A DNA stretch of 64,000 bases, taken from Colwellia polaris (GTDB taxonomy: Archaea; Nanohalarchaeota; Nanosalinia; Nanosalinales; Nanosalinaceae). The notes beneath the pieces are model-generated. The model was not told where the DNA came from and ran no database searches. It saw only the letters and a program-made list of their open reading frames with translations. The stretch spans positions 32,001 to 96,000 of the forward strand of contig JBLGBK010000001.1 of the NCBI GenBank assembly GCA_047617785.1. Direction: 5' to 3'. A program made the position numbers and the translations under genes. Below are positions 38,227 through 48,475 of this stretch, in pieces (the first letter of the stretch is position 1; each line of letters starts with the position of its first letter).

Positions 38227-39353
38227 TATTCCTTCACCGATTGAATTCTAAAGTCATTCATTTCGTAGACGTTTCTACTGCGAATACTTACCTGGTTTTG
38301 CAGTTCTAACACGTCTTCATCTATATTAACTGTATTGAGACCATTCTGAGGATTTAACTCGTACACTTCTTCATTAAGAGTGATATTCATTGGTTCGGTT
38401 GTTAGAAGGTTCTGGTACCTAAAGCTTAGCGTTTCATTAGTATCATCTCTTTGAACATAGTTGAGCTGAGATTCATTAAGCGAGAATCCTTCTTCTACTT
38501 CTTCAAGCTGTACAGCTCCACGGTATCTGACCGATAGAGCAGTACTTTCCAAAGTATAAGCTGAGTCAGAGTCGGTTTCAAATCTTATTTCATTGTAGCC
38601 CGGTTGCAGATCACTGTTCTGTGGAGTTAATTCAACATTGTGTTCTCCTCTAACTGTTGTCTGAGAGAATACTCTGTTGTCGTTTACATAGACTTCTAGA
38701 GGGCTGTTCTTTGTTGACTGACCTGGAGGGATACGGAAATTAAGTTGTGCTGTATCAAAGTCCTTTATTTCATATTCATACATCCTGAAACTGGTTTCGT
38801 AATCATGATATTTTCTATCATTTACAACAAGTTCAAAGTCTTCAAGAACATACTCAAGGCTTCCAAAGAATCCTGATCTTTTAGCCTCTATAGTAATAGT
38901 GTTTGTACCCGGATTAAGAGCGCCTTCCGGTATTTCTACTTCCTCTTCAGCAGTAGCTACAAGGTAATTATTGAAGACTGTTTCTCCATTAACCTTGACA
39001 GATATTCTTCCATCGCCATTCTTTCCTAGTACTTCAAAAGTTATATTTCCCGAACGAGGTTGTGTTGCATTATAATATATTGTTTCCTTCTGGCTTCCGA
39101 ATAGTTTATCCGAGAGAGTTATTTCCTCTCTGTTATATGCAGGGATATTACCTCTTGTTTCGCCGACAGTTATCTTTTCAAAGTTGATATTACGATAGTC
39201 TTCGTTCGCAGCACCTATTTCACCAAAGCTCTGATCATATAAAGTCATTGATTCAGCTTGCTGGCTGCCTGTGCCGAACTCGCCGCTTGCTAGGAAGAAA
39301 AGTCCGAAGATAGCTAGGCCGACTCCAAGTATCGCTGCGAACTGTTGAGCCAT
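38226..39353 (-). CDS. Surface protein with repeated beta-jelly-roll-like modules
   Basis: N-terminal TM; repeated (VK/VY)VN...VF...L.PG.N.I motif. Confidence 0.7.
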   Translation of the reverse strand: MAQQFAAILGVGLAIFGLFFLASGEFGTGSQQAESMTLYDQSFGEIGAANEDYRNINFEKITVGETRGNIPAYNREEITLSDKLFGSQKETIYYNATQPRSGNITFEVLGKNGDGRISVKVNGETVFNNYLVATAEEEVEIPEGALNPGTNTITIEAKRSGFFGSLEYVLEDFELVVNDRKYHDYETSFRMYEYEIKDFDTAQLNFRIPPGQSTKNSPLEVYVNDNRVFSQTTVRGEHNVELTPQNSDLQPGYNEIRFETDSDSAYTLESTALSVRYRGAVQLEEVEEGFSLNESQLNYVQRDDTNETLSFRYQNLLTTEPMNITLNEEVYELNPQNGLNTVNIDEDVLELQNQVSIRSRNVYEMNDFRIQSVKE

Positions 39354-39408
39354 ATAACAGGTTTTTGACTTTGGAGGTTTTTATTTGTAGGCCGGAAAAA
39401 CTCGTTAT

Positions 39409-40386
39409 ATGAAACTACTAAATCAAGATCGAAAAGAAGGATATGCCAAGATAGAGGTGGAGAATGAAGACGACCTATGGCGCTTGAAGGACTTCTTCCA
39501 CGAAGGCGACAAAGTAAGAAAATTCACGCAGAGAACAATGTTAGAGGGAAGAGAGAAGAAAAGCATGAAGCTGACGATAGAAGTAGAAAAGCACAGCTTT
39601 GAGAATGGTCGGCTTCGTTTAACAGGGGAGATAACCGAAGCTGGAGACGACGTAGAACTCGGATATCACAGCTTCAACGTCGAATCTGGTTCCGAACTGG
39701 AGATATGGCGTAATTTTTCGGATAAAGACTGGGATAACCTAGAGAAGTGGAGCGAAAAGGATCCGTATAGCGTGCTTTTCTGTCTAGTTGAGAAAGGTGA
39801 AGCAGACTTCTATATCGTCCGTGAATCAGGCATAAAGAGCCTTTCAGGGGTAGAGGAGAATCTTCCAGGCAAGATGTATGGTAGCGATAAATCCGAGGAC
39901 GAGTTCCTGAAACAAGTAGCAGCTACTATTCGAAGAGTGGAAGATGAAGCAGATTATGTGGTCATAGGAGGACCCGGATTCGTTAAGGAAAGATTAAAGA
40001 ATTTCTTGGAAATAGATAATCTTTTTGTACAAGATACCTCGGTAACAGGGAAGACAGGCCTGCATGAAGCGATTAAAAGAGGTGCATTGGACAAAGTTGT
40101 ACGTTCTTCACGAGTTGCAGACGAAACAACTATAGTTGAGGAGTTCCTGGAGAAACTGCGTAAGGATGACCCGGTTAGTTACGGTGAAGAGGTGGAAGAA
40201 TTGGCAGAGATGGGGGCTGTAGAGACGCTTATTATCACTCCAAAGAAGGTGCGTGAAAAGAAAGGACTTGTTGAGACTGTTGAACAACAGGGCGGAGAGG
40301 TAAAAGTAGTTCATACAGATCATGAAGCTGGTGAAAGAATTGAAGGCTTTACTGGTGTTGCAGCAATACTACGTTACCGTGTCTAA
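39409..40386 (+). CDS. pelA: Pelota (mRNA surveillance/ribosome rescue)
   Basis: EDDLW.L, LRLTGEI, GYHS, PGKMY, GPGF.KE, AAILRY. Confidence 0.95.
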   Translation: MKLLNQDRKEGYAKIEVENEDDLWRLKDFFHEGDKVRKFTQRTMLEGREKKSMKLTIEVEKHSFENGRLRLTGEITEAGDDVELGYHSFNVESGSELEIWRNFSDKDWDNLEKWSEKDPYSVLFCLVEKGEADFYIVRESGIKSLSGVEENLPGKMYGSDKSEDEFLKQVAATIRRVEDEADYVVIGGPGFVKERLKNFLEIDNLFVQDTSVTGKTGLHEAIKRGALDKVVRSSRVADETTIVEEFLEKLRKDDPVSYGEEVEELAEMGAVETLIITPKKVREKKGLVETVEQQGGEVKVVHTDHEAGERIEGFTGVAAILRYRV

Positions 40387-41498
40387 CCTATTTCCTGAGG
40401 TCTATCCTGAAGGGTTAGTTCTACAGACTTTCTTTCTCCATCACGTATAATATGTAGAGTTATCTGATCGCCGACCTCGGTTTTTCTAAGCAGATAGTCG
40501 AGTATATCGTTTATATCATCAACTTTTCTATCTCCTATCCCTACTATTACATCGCCTCCTAGAAGTACATTAGAATTGCTTTCCATCTCCGTCGTTCCTC
40601 CTCTAATCCCTGCTTCTGCAGCCGGGCCATCTTCAATTACACTTTGGATCAGAAATCCTGAAGCATTTTCTAGATTCATCGCGCCTGCGATCTCAGAGTT
40701 AACATTTAGACCTGTGACGCCCAACCAGGAATGTTCATAGTCATTGGTTTCTATTATTTCAGGTACAACTTCTTCGACAGTCCGCGATGATACTGCGAAA
40801 CCTATTCCGGAAAATGTACCTGTATTAGTCTGTATTGCAGTGTTTACTCCAACAACATTCCCTTTCATATTGATAAGAGGTCCTCCGCTGTTACCAGGAT
40901 TAATAGCGGCGTCTGTTTGTAGAACATTTGGAATGGAGAACCCTCCGCCTACACGTATGCGTCTTTCTTTCTGGGAGATTATGCCCGAGGTCATTGAACC
41001 GCTAAGACCAAAAGGATTACCTATTGCAGCTACACGCTCTCCTACTTGTACTTCTTCGGAGTTAGCTAGATCTAATGATTCTAAGTTTCTTTTATTTACC
41101 TTAAGAACTGCTAGATCTGTGTATTCATCGGCACCTATTATTTCTGCATTACGACTTGTGCCGTCAGTGAAACTTACACTTACCTGATCTGCGTCTTCTA
41201 TTACGTGGTAGTTTGTTACTATGTGTCCTCTTTCAGTATATACGAACCCTGACCCTTCTGCAGCCGAGGATCCTGATGTTCTTATTGAAACTACCGATTG
41301 ATCTGATTGTTGGAATACGTTAGATAGAGAATTATCAAAGCTAGAGTTGATAGTTACTGTTTTCTGAGACTGTATTTGTTCTTCAAGGCTAGATATGCGA
41401 TTATCAAAGTGTTGATAGGTTGTAAATGTTCCTATAAAGGCTCCAAAAAGCAATAAGGATGCCGCAATAAAGACATTAATCCTTGTTTCAGGCTTCAC
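40383..41498 (-). CDS. htrA: HtrA/DegP serine protease with PDZ domain
   Basis: TNYHV, DLAVL, QTDAAINPGNSGGPL, C-terminal PDZ. Confidence 0.93.
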   Translation of the reverse strand: MKPETRINVFIAASLLLFGAFIGTFTTYQHFDNRISSLEEQIQSQKTVTINSSFDNSLSNVFQQSDQSVVSIRTSGSSAAEGSGFVYTERGHIVTNYHVIEDADQVSVSFTDGTSRNAEIIGADEYTDLAVLKVNKRNLESLDLANSEEVQVGERVAAIGNPFGLSGSMTSGIISQKERRIRVGGGFSIPNVLQTDAAINPGNSGGPLINMKGNVVGVNTAIQTNTGTFSGIGFAVSSRTVEEVVPEIIETNDYEHSWLGVTGLNVNSEIAGAMNLENASGFLIQSVIEDGPAAEAGIRGGTTEMESNSNVLLGGDVIVGIGDRKVDDINDILDYLLRKTEVGDQITLHIIRDGERKSVELTLQDRPQEIG

Positions 41499-41540
41499 AG
41501 TAATTAGAACAGTTTCTAACGATTTTATAACTTTTCGAAG

Positions 41541-42338
41541 TCATGCCAAATCAATCTTATACAGGCGAAGACCTTCTTCAGCATCTAGTTCAACGTGGCT
41601 CCGTCCTTCATTCAGAGACATTAGATTAGTAATACCCGGCTGCTTAACTCTAACTTGCCTGTCAAGCTCTCCATCTACAGTAATCTGTATATCTCTAATA
41701 GATTCTTTGGGGTCAACAGTAGCATAGAGTTCTGTCTTATCTGTTGTAAAGGTTAGAGAAGAGTTTTCTCCTTTAGATTCTATAAAATTCTCTCCCTGCA
41801 GCCATCGACCTGACAGAGATATCTTCCTGTAAGTTTTTGTTTCTTCTACTTCTTTTTCCCCATAAAACCTTTGCTCAGGTGTTATACCCGAGTTCTTAAG
41901 GCCAAGATACTTTTCTTCGCTCGTATGAGGTGTCTCTAACGTAGTTTTTATTTCTAGAGGCTTCTCTAGACCTGTCAGTTTATGATCTCCTGTTGAGTGA
42001 TATTTTATTTCACCATCCTGAATAATTATTTTCTTAGGAGTATGTTCTGATCGCCATTTGTTTGCCTGCGGCTCATGTGCCGCAAAGCAAGTAATATTTT
42101 TATTTTCTAACATACCTTCCAAATACTCTTGATCTTCAAACTCATATCTAGGAGTGTTAAGAACTAGTATCTGGATATCCCTGTGTTTTGCTATCTCTGC
42201 AAGTATTTCTACTTCTGTATGACATCTAAGACAGCTAGGTGTCCAGAAATGTATAATATATTTTCCACTGGAAAGATCTGGTTTTTCAGTTATCCAACTC
42301 TCTGCTTCAATATCGTCAACAGTATCACCTACAAACAT
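41541..42338 (-). CDS. Thioredoxin-like (DipZ C-terminal-type) protein
   Basis: HFWTPSCLRC CxxC, TPRYEFE, E.YLG, LSGRW; start uncertain (42338 or 42362). Confidence 0.7.
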   Translation of the reverse strand: MFVGDTVDDIEAESWITEKPDLSSGKYIIHFWTPSCLRCHTEVEILAEIAKHRDIQILVLNTPRYEFEDQEYLEGMLENKNITCFAAHEPQANKWRSEHTPKKIIIQDGEIKYHSTGDHKLTGLEKPLEIKTTLETPHTSEEKYLGLKNSGITPEQRFYGEKEVEETKTYRKISLSGRWLQGENFIESKGENSSLTFTTDKTELYATVDPKESIRDIQITVDGELDRQVRVKQPGITNLMSLNEGRSHVELDAEEGLRLYKIDLA

Positions 42339-42415
42339 TTGCTTCTTGACCTCTCCAGTCAATACTTAATTGAAGATACGTATTAAATTTCACTATTTCT
42401 ATAGACTTATTATAG

Positions 42416-42781
42416 ATGTCACTTTTCCAGAAAATCGGCGATAAAATATTCCAGCTATCTCCTATAGGAGCAGCAGACCAGAAATTGCGATCGCACCTAG
42501 AGGGGGTAGAAATAGATTTGACCGAGTATGAAAGATCACTCAAGAGCTACAGACTCTCTCTAGCTGCTTTCAATATCAGCCGCATGCTTTTCTATGCCGG
42601 ATTGATCAATTCGGTCGCTAGCACATTCAATATCTGGGGAGCAGGGATAATACAGCAGATCGCATCCTATGTTGGTGTGACCGTTGTGTTAGCGCTTTAC
42701 ACTGTTACAAAACATATAAAACAGAGAAGAGAGGAACTCTATCGCGTGGAAAGAGAGCTAATTCTGAACAAAGCCGATTAA
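42416..42781 (+). CDS. Small 2-TM hypothetical protein
   Basis: 121 aa, two hydrophobic segments. Confidence 0.65.
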   Translation: MSLFQKIGDKIFQLSPIGAADQKLRSHLEGVEIDLTEYERSLKSYRLSLAAFNISRMLFYAGLINSVASTFNIWGAGIIQQIASYVGVTVVLALYTVTKHIKQRREELYRVERELILNKAD

Positions 42782-42793
42782 ATTCCATCTAAT

Positions 42794-43996
42794 TTATTCT
42801 CTGTCCAAAAATGTGTAGAGAAGTATTATTGTCAGTGTTGAGAACAGTACTGCTGGCGCAAAGACTTGTAGCATCTGTTCAGATAGAACTCCAAGATCTA
42901 TGGCGATTATGAGCACTACTAGTGTTTCTATGTCGAGGCTTAGCAGGGATGCTGCTATTGTCATTGGTTTCTCCATTTCATGGAGTTTGGACACTGCATA
43001 TCCGATCGCCAGTTTTGGCACCGTAGATAATGCGAAGAGTAGGAAGGCTGCGTCTATATTTGCTATCATTCCTGTGCTTCCGAATAATGTCAGTCCCAGT
43101 CCGAACCACGCGAAGAATATCGGTATGAATAGTCCTTCTGCTATTGCACTTATCTTTTCCTGAAATGCACGGCTATCTGTGAAGTCGCTTCTGGAAACTA
43201 TCACACCGGCAAAGAAAGCTCCTAGCACAGATGAAAGCCCTACGGTCTGGCTTATGTAGGACATGAACAGGAGCAGAGAGAACGTTATGGCGAACTGGGC
43301 TTCTGTCTCTTCAAACATCATGATGTAGTCATCCAACTTGTGGATAAACTCATGTAGTATGTAGAATACTGCGACAAATCCTAGTATCGACCCTACTTTT
43401 ATCGCTTTAGATGTTAAACCTTGGGTTGCGTATACAACAAGAACGGTAAGGAGTATAAATCCTAGTGTAACATTTATCACAGATGATTTAATCGTATACT
43501 TCCCTATCTCTGTTCTCAGGAGCCCTTTGGACATCATTAATTTTGAAGGAACTCCTATATCGACGACCGCATAGGCCAAGGCTATGAAAAGGAATGCACT
43601 CGCACCTGTCTCCGGGAGGAATCCTGGTTTCAGGAAATAGAGGGTGGCGAAAATCACAGCAAATGTTCCAGCAAGAACCGCCGTTCCCAACTGGAGTCCT
43701 TCCCTATGAGTGAATATATCTACTACGTTTTCTTCCTTTAGCCCAGCCTGGAAAAGTATGAGCGTTGCACCAACTGTTGCGAATCCCGCCACTGAAGAAG
43801 CTGATATCGCCCAACCTTCAGGTATTAACTGCGTATACGATGCGAAATTGGCTATTCCAGGTCCGAGAAGAACTCCTGCAAGTATATAGCCTAGTATTGA
43901 TTCAAGACCTATCCGCTCAAATAATTCTCCGATTATAAACGATACTGCAAGTATTATTCCTACAGAAAGCAGTGTTGCTCCACTTAGACTAGCCAT
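42794..43996 (-). CDS. Cation:proton antiporter (CPA2, Kef/NapA-like)
   Basis: LGYILAGVLLGP, LF.AGL, LS.VLGAF.AG, FIPIFFAWFGL. Confidence 0.88.
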   Translation of the reverse strand: MASLSGATLLSVGIILAVSFIIGELFERIGLESILGYILAGVLLGPGIANFASYTQLIPEGWAISASSVAGFATVGATLILFQAGLKEENVVDIFTHREGLQLGTAVLAGTFAVIFATLYFLKPGFLPETGASAFLFIALAYAVVDIGVPSKLMMSKGLLRTEIGKYTIKSSVINVTLGFILLTVLVVYATQGLTSKAIKVGSILGFVAVFYILHEFIHKLDDYIMMFEETEAQFAITFSLLLFMSYISQTVGLSSVLGAFFAGVIVSRSDFTDSRAFQEKISAIAEGLFIPIFFAWFGLGLTLFGSTGMIANIDAAFLLFALSTVPKLAIGYAVSKLHEMEKPMTIAASLLSLDIETLVVLIIAIDLGVLSEQMLQVFAPAVLFSTLTIILLYTFLDRE

Positions 43997-44411
43997 TATG
44001 AGCCTCCTCTATTAATCTGTCTTCATGCACAACCCCGATTATTTCGCCATCTTCTTTTACCGGTAGCGATCGAAGATCTTCCCTATCCATTATAAAAGCC
44101 ATTTCACCGGCTTCTTCGTCAGGCGGAACAGTTATATCATGATTATTCATGAGATCCTCAGCTGTATCCGGAGAGTAGGATCCATCAAAGCCGAACCCCA
44201 GTATTCCGACAACTTTTTCCTCATCCAATCGATCCTGCGGAATTATGTCCTTAAGAAGTGTGGCTTCATGTATCTCTCCTACAAAGTCGCCGTTCTTCGT
44301 TACAATCAAGGTATTTTCCGATCCGTGGAAGTCTTCGATAACTTGATCCATATCTGCGTCATGAGGAATATAGTCGGGTTCATCCATGATATCGCGGGCA
44401 GTAAGGACCAT
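43989..44411 (-). CDS. CBS domain pair protein
   Basis: ARDIM, AEDLM, LPVKEDGEIIGVV; overlaps antiporter start. Confidence 0.85.
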   Translation of the reverse strand: MVLTARDIMDEPDYIPHDADMDQVIEDFHGSENTLIVTKNGDFVGEIHEATLLKDIIPQDRLDEEKVVGILGFGFDGSYSPDTAEDLMNNHDITVPPDEEAGEMAFIMDREDLRSLPVKEDGEIIGVVHEDRLIEEAHNG

Positions 44412-44460
44412 AAACGAAAAAGGTAGTTAGCGGTATAAAAAGCATGTTATAGAATTTGGA

Positions 44461-44549
44461 CGCCGGGACTGGGATTTGAACCCAGGAGGGGCGGTATGCC
44501 CCACCGGTTCTCAAGACCGGCGCGTTCAACCAAACTCCGCCATCCCGGC
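44461..44549 (-). tRNA. tRNA-Ser(TGA)
   Basis: Acceptor GCCGGGA/TCCCGGC, anticodon arm CCGGT-CTTGAGA-ACCGG, long variable arm, TTCAAAT T-loop, G discriminator; no intron. Confidence 0.95.
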
Positions 44550-44630
44550 ACGTGCTATAGAACTGTTTTTTATGTTAAGTATCTTATAACCTAGTCCTGT
44601 TTGACGCTTCTGTATCTTTCTCTGACTTCT

Positions 44631-44771
44631 TCAAAAAGCTGTTTTTCCGGTCTCGGTGTTAAGACGCTGTTCCGTGTATTCGAAGAATTCGTCCATGTCT
44701 CGTTCAGGCGATCTACGTACTTCATCTTTTACGTTGTATGATTCAATCAGAAAGTCGATATCTTCAGGCAT
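44631..44771 (-). CDS. Small acidic ORF, 46 aa, possibly frameshifted
   Basis: Manual translation MPEDIDFLIESYNVKDEVRRSPERDMDEFFEYTEQRLNTETGKTAF, 9 nt downstream of cbf5. Confidence 0.4.
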   Translation of the reverse strand: MPEDIDFLIESYNVKDEVRRSPERDMDEFFEYTEQRLNTETGKTAF

Positions 44772-44780
44772 CACAATCAA

Positions 44781-45743
44781 TCACTGATTCCAGTTCTTTG
44801 GGTATGTTTGAGGATTCATGAATACTTTTTCCAGACTTGCTGCGGTACCGTCTTCTGCGCCATAAATGTCCTGTGCATTCATCTGAGCTTCCGCAAGCGC
44901 GACAAGTTCCCCTTTCAATGTCATGATTGCTACAGTTTCTTCTTCCTTGATTCCGTCCTGTAGTTTGCTGATGCCGTTGACACCGAGTTCCGCTCCGTTT
45001 GCTACTGCGTTTACTGCTGTGTCTTTGATCACCAGTTTTTTGATGTGATTTACTGCTTGTTCTATTGGCTGCAGGATATTTTCGAGTTCCTCGCCATCGT
45101 TGTCTTCAGCGTAGAAGTGGTATGCATCGACAACATCTTGAATAGTATGAGAATCCGAGATTTCAAGATCTCCCTGTTTTGTTCTACGGAGTTCCGTCAT
45201 CTCTGCGTCAGTATCTAGTTCTTCGCCTAGTTGTTGAGCTAGTACGCGTACATAGAACCCTGATTCGCATTCAAGACGTACAAGCATCTTTTCTTCAGCT
45301 GCTTCGAGAAGTTCTGCTTCGTAAAGTTCTCGTTCGCGTGGTTCTTGTTTTACTGCGCTTTTATCCGGCGGCGTTTGAGTATTTGTTCCTTCGAATTCCT
45401 TGAGTGTTGTCAGGATTTTTTCTTCACTTATTTCTTCTCTCAGTTCTATCTCTGCGATGTATTCTTTTCGTGCTTTGGATAGTGCGTCGGCTATTTTCGT
45501 TCCCTGATTTATTCCTACAGGGAGAACGCCAGTTGCGTTGGGATCTAGTGTTCCAAAGTGGCCTGTCTTTTTACAGTCTAGTTCTTCTTTTATCCAGTGG
45601 CTGACCTGGTTGCTTGTAGGACCGTAAGGTTTGTCAATTACTACAAATCCCTGTTCTAGAAGTTCTTCTGCTGTTCTACGGTGAGGAGGCTTGCCATATT
45701 CGGATTCTGGTTCTGCTTCCTCTTTAGTGTGCCACTGTACCAT
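44781..45743 (-). CDS. cbf5: RNA-guided pseudouridine synthase Cbf5
   Basis: DKPYGPTS, GHFGTLDP, QTPP.KSAVK, CESGFYVR, PUA domain. Confidence 0.95.
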   Translation of the reverse strand: MVQWHTKEEAEPESEYGKPPHRRTAEELLEQGFVVIDKPYGPTSNQVSHWIKEELDCKKTGHFGTLDPNATGVLPVGINQGTKIADALSKARKEYIAEIELREEISEEKILTTLKEFEGTNTQTPPDKSAVKQEPRERELYEAELLEAAEEKMLVRLECESGFYVRVLAQQLGEELDTDAEMTELRRTKQGDLEISDSHTIQDVVDAYHFYAEDNDGEELENILQPIEQAVNHIKKLVIKDTAVNAVANGAELGVNGISKLQDGIKEEETVAIMTLKGELVALAEAQMNAQDIYGAEDGTAASLEKVFMNPQTYPKNWNQ

Positions 45744-45778
45744 ACTTAGACTCTGATAAGAGACTTTTTAATTACTGA

Positions 45779-46507
45779 TTACTGTACGCCAAGTAGTTTT
45801 CTGAAAAGAATGCTCAGCGGCATCAGAATGATTATGTAGAATCCTAGCCAGTTCAGGGCAGTTCCTGCGAACGGTATTGAGAACGGTAGCTGGATGTACT
45901 CTGCAGATACTTTGAGACGGTATCCTTCAGCACTGGTAAGCCCTCCGCTCTGATACTTGAAATTATTGATTCTCCACTGTATACCATGTTGATGGAAAGC
46001 TCCGCCTTCACTGTATTCTTCTCCATCAATCCGTATCGATACATTGCCGGTAGTATTGTCAACTACTACGGGCGTGTTCTGCTGTGCGTACGTGAAGTTG
46101 CCTTCAAACACACCGGTATTGTTGCCTGTCTGCTGTAGTTCAACAGCTGGTGCGTATGTTGCACCAAGCCATGGGAATAGGAGTGCTACGAAGACCATTG
46201 TTGCTATTGATGGCTTGAAGTTTACCATCATGAATTTCCTGTTTAGCTCAAAGGTCTTCTTCATATGTTCGGAAGCGTCCTTGTTTTCATCTTTCTGTGC
46301 TTCCTTCATTTTTTCCTGCTGTTTGTCAAGCTTCTCCTTGATCTCATCTCTTTTTTCTTTGTCAAGGAATAACCAGTAGAGAAGTGAGAATATTACAGCC
46401 AGTCCTGCTGCTATTACTCCCAGACTAATGTAGGGGCCTTGCGCCAGTAATGGCTGGAAAATAGCATCGTAGAACCCGAATAGGGTTGTGAGTATTGAGT
46501 AGATCAT
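45779..46507 (-). CDS. DUF106/EMC3-TMCO1 (Oxa1 superfamily) membrane protein
   Basis: TM-coiled coil-FKP-TM..WLGFYII..LFRKLLG; conserved position after secY. Confidence 0.88.
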   Translation of the reverse strand: MIYSILTTLFGFYDAIFQPLLAQGPYISLGVIAAGLAVIFSLLYWLFLDKEKRDEIKEKLDKQQEKMKEAQKDENKDASEHMKKTFELNRKFMMVNFKPSIATMVFVALLFPWLGATYAPAVELQQTGNNTGVFEGNFTYAQQNTPVVVDNTTGNVSIRIDGEEYSEGGAFHQHGIQWRINNFKYQSGGLTSAEGYRLKVSAEYIQLPFSIPFAGTALNWLGFYIIILMPLSILFRKLLGVQ

Positions 46508-46548
46508 AAGGATTTTTTGGTGTGTAATGAATTAAGATGCGATGGTTT

Positions 46549-47946
46549 TTATGTCTGGAAGAAGTCTCCAAGTGCCGGATGGATTTCTTCCAGTTGTTTC
46601 TGTGCTAGCTGTTCGTACATTCTGTAGATAATCATAACTGTTAGCAGGATTCCTGTTCCTCCTCCTGCTGCCTGCGTCATGTTTGCTGATGCTGCTAGCA
46701 GCCCCATTGTTGCCCCGGATAGCACGGTTAGGCCGGGAATGTATCGGTCGAGTACTTTTTTGATGACTCTACTATCTTTTCTGAATCCAGGAACTTTCAT
46801 ACCTGTTTCGCTGATCTGCTCTGCTACGCTCTGTGAATCCTGGCCGCTTGTGCGTGCCCAGAAGATTGAGAATACTGTTGAGCCTACCATGTAGACTGCT
46901 AGGTAGAAGAAGATATGGAATACGTCCATTGCTCCTACTGCTGCGATACCTCCTGAGATAAGGTTTTCTATTACCCCTGTAGGTGCGTTCAGATAGGATG
47001 CGAATCCGGATTGTGCTTGTCCGTTGCTGAATGTTCCTAGGATACTTGTTCCGTTTCCGTTTACCAATGTGCTTCCTACAATCTGTACGTTTGCGATTAT
47101 TGCACCTACGAAGATGATTGGCATTACACTTGTGTAGAGGAATTTAAGCGGCCATTTCTGTCCGAACCCTCTAACATTTCCGAAGGTTAGTGGGATTTCT
47201 ACCCTCATTGACTGTAGGTATACTGCTACTGCGAATACGATCAGAGTAGCGAGCGCAGGTAGGAGAGCTGAAGGCTCGAGATTGACTGCGAAGTTGATTA
47301 TAGCTCCTACTGGGTTGCCGTCTACTTGCCAGAATAGGTCTTGGCTTTCTGTTAATGGACTGATTAGTCCTACGATTATCTGTTTAGATACTCCTGCTGC
47401 AATAAACAGGCTGACTCCCTGTCCGAATCCCCATTTCTTCACTAGATCATCCATCAATATGATGAGTACCCCTCCTAGTGCGATCTGGCCTGTGATAAGT
47501 GCTATTACAGAGGTAGATAGAGATCCAATGTTTCCAAAGGTCCCGCTTAGTACGTATCCTAGAGCCATGAAGAGTGTGAGCCCGTAGGCTAGTAGTTTCT
47601 GTGCGGACTGGAACTTGAGTTGTCCTTCATCAGTATTTGTATTCCATGGGAGTACATCACTTCCTACAAGCATCTGCAGGACGATTGAAGCAGTAATTAT
47701 CGGTGTAATTCCGAGCGTAAGTATTGTTCCGATTTGTGCTCCGACAAGCGTCTGGAATTGCTGTAGCTGGCCGAGTGCGCCCGATGCTATAGTGCTTCCG
47801 CCGGTGAATACAGGTATAGAACTTAGTAGGAAGTACAGGATAAGTACGATTCCTGTCCAGGTAAGCATTTGTTTAAGTGTCTGTTCTTTTTCTGGTTCAG
47901 TTACTGTTGGAAGATACTGTGCTGCTTTGACTAGTGTTTCAGACAT
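46549..47946 (-). CDS. secY: Preprotein translocase SecY
   Basis: LGITPIITASIVLQ, KWGFGQGVSLFIAAG, PLKFLYTS.MP, GTGILLTV. Confidence 0.97.
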   Translation of the reverse strand: MSETLVKAAQYLPTVTEPEKEQTLKQMLTWTGIVLILYFLLSSIPVFTGGSTIASGALGQLQQFQTLVGAQIGTILTLGITPIITASIVLQMLVGSDVLPWNTNTDEGQLKFQSAQKLLAYGLTLFMALGYVLSGTFGNIGSLSTSVIALITGQIALGGVLIILMDDLVKKWGFGQGVSLFIAAGVSKQIIVGLISPLTESQDLFWQVDGNPVGAIINFAVNLEPSALLPALATLIVFAVAVYLQSMRVEIPLTFGNVRGFGQKWPLKFLYTSVMPIIFVGAIIANVQIVGSTLVNGNGTSILGTFSNGQAQSGFASYLNAPTGVIENLISGGIAAVGAMDVFHIFFYLAVYMVGSTVFSIFWARTSGQDSQSVAEQISETGMKVPGFRKDSRVIKKVLDRYIPGLTVLSGATMGLLAASANMTQAAGGGTGILLTVMIIYRMYEQLAQKQLEEIHPALGDFFQT

Positions 47947-48033
47947 CGTTTGATTCGCTCCTTAATTTTATTGTTAGGACAGGAATAACAAAGAGTGTTG
48001 TGTTGTAAATAATTAATTAGGGGCGAGGGTTTT

Positions 48034-48462
48034 TTACTCCTCTGCCTTTATTGCTGTGCCTTCGCCATCTTCGATTTTTTCTTCAGCTCTGCTTGAGAAC
48101 TTTGGTGCGTGAATCTCTATATCTCTGGTGAGATGGCCTTTGGCTAGGACTTTCTCGTAGCCGAGATCTTCAAGATCGACTTTATAGCCGTCTTCGGTTT
48201 CTTCAGCTAGTCCTTCTTCAACCAGTCTTTCAATTTGCTGGTCGATATCTCGAAGGTTAATCCCTGTCTGATCTTCTTTACGAGAGTTAAATCCTCGTTC
48301 TCCTAGTTGGTGGACGCCGTCTTTGGTCATTTTTTCGTGCTTTGCTTTCTTTCCGCGTCCTGCGTTTCCTCGGCCTCCTCGGTGGCCTGCGCCTCTGTTT
48401 TTCTTGCTGCTTCCATGTCCGTGACTTCCGGACTTCTTCTTCTTGGATCTTCTGTTTGTCAT
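48034..48462 (-). CDS. rpl15: Ribosomal protein uL15
   Basis: HGHGSSKKNRGAGHRGGRGNAG. Confidence 0.95.
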   Translation of the reverse strand: MTNRRSKKKKSGSHGHGSSKKNRGAGHRGGRGNAGRGKKAKHEKMTKDGVHQLGERGFNSRKEDQTGINLRDIDQQIERLVEEGLAEETEDGYKVDLEDLGYEKVLAKGHLTRDIEIHAPKFSSRAEEKIEDGEGTAIKAEE

Positions 48463-48475
48463 TTGTTTATCACCT

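Noticed and set aside
44420-44600. Integrated element at tRNA-Ser
   Set aside because: No integrase and no duplicated tRNA 3' end noticed in the window
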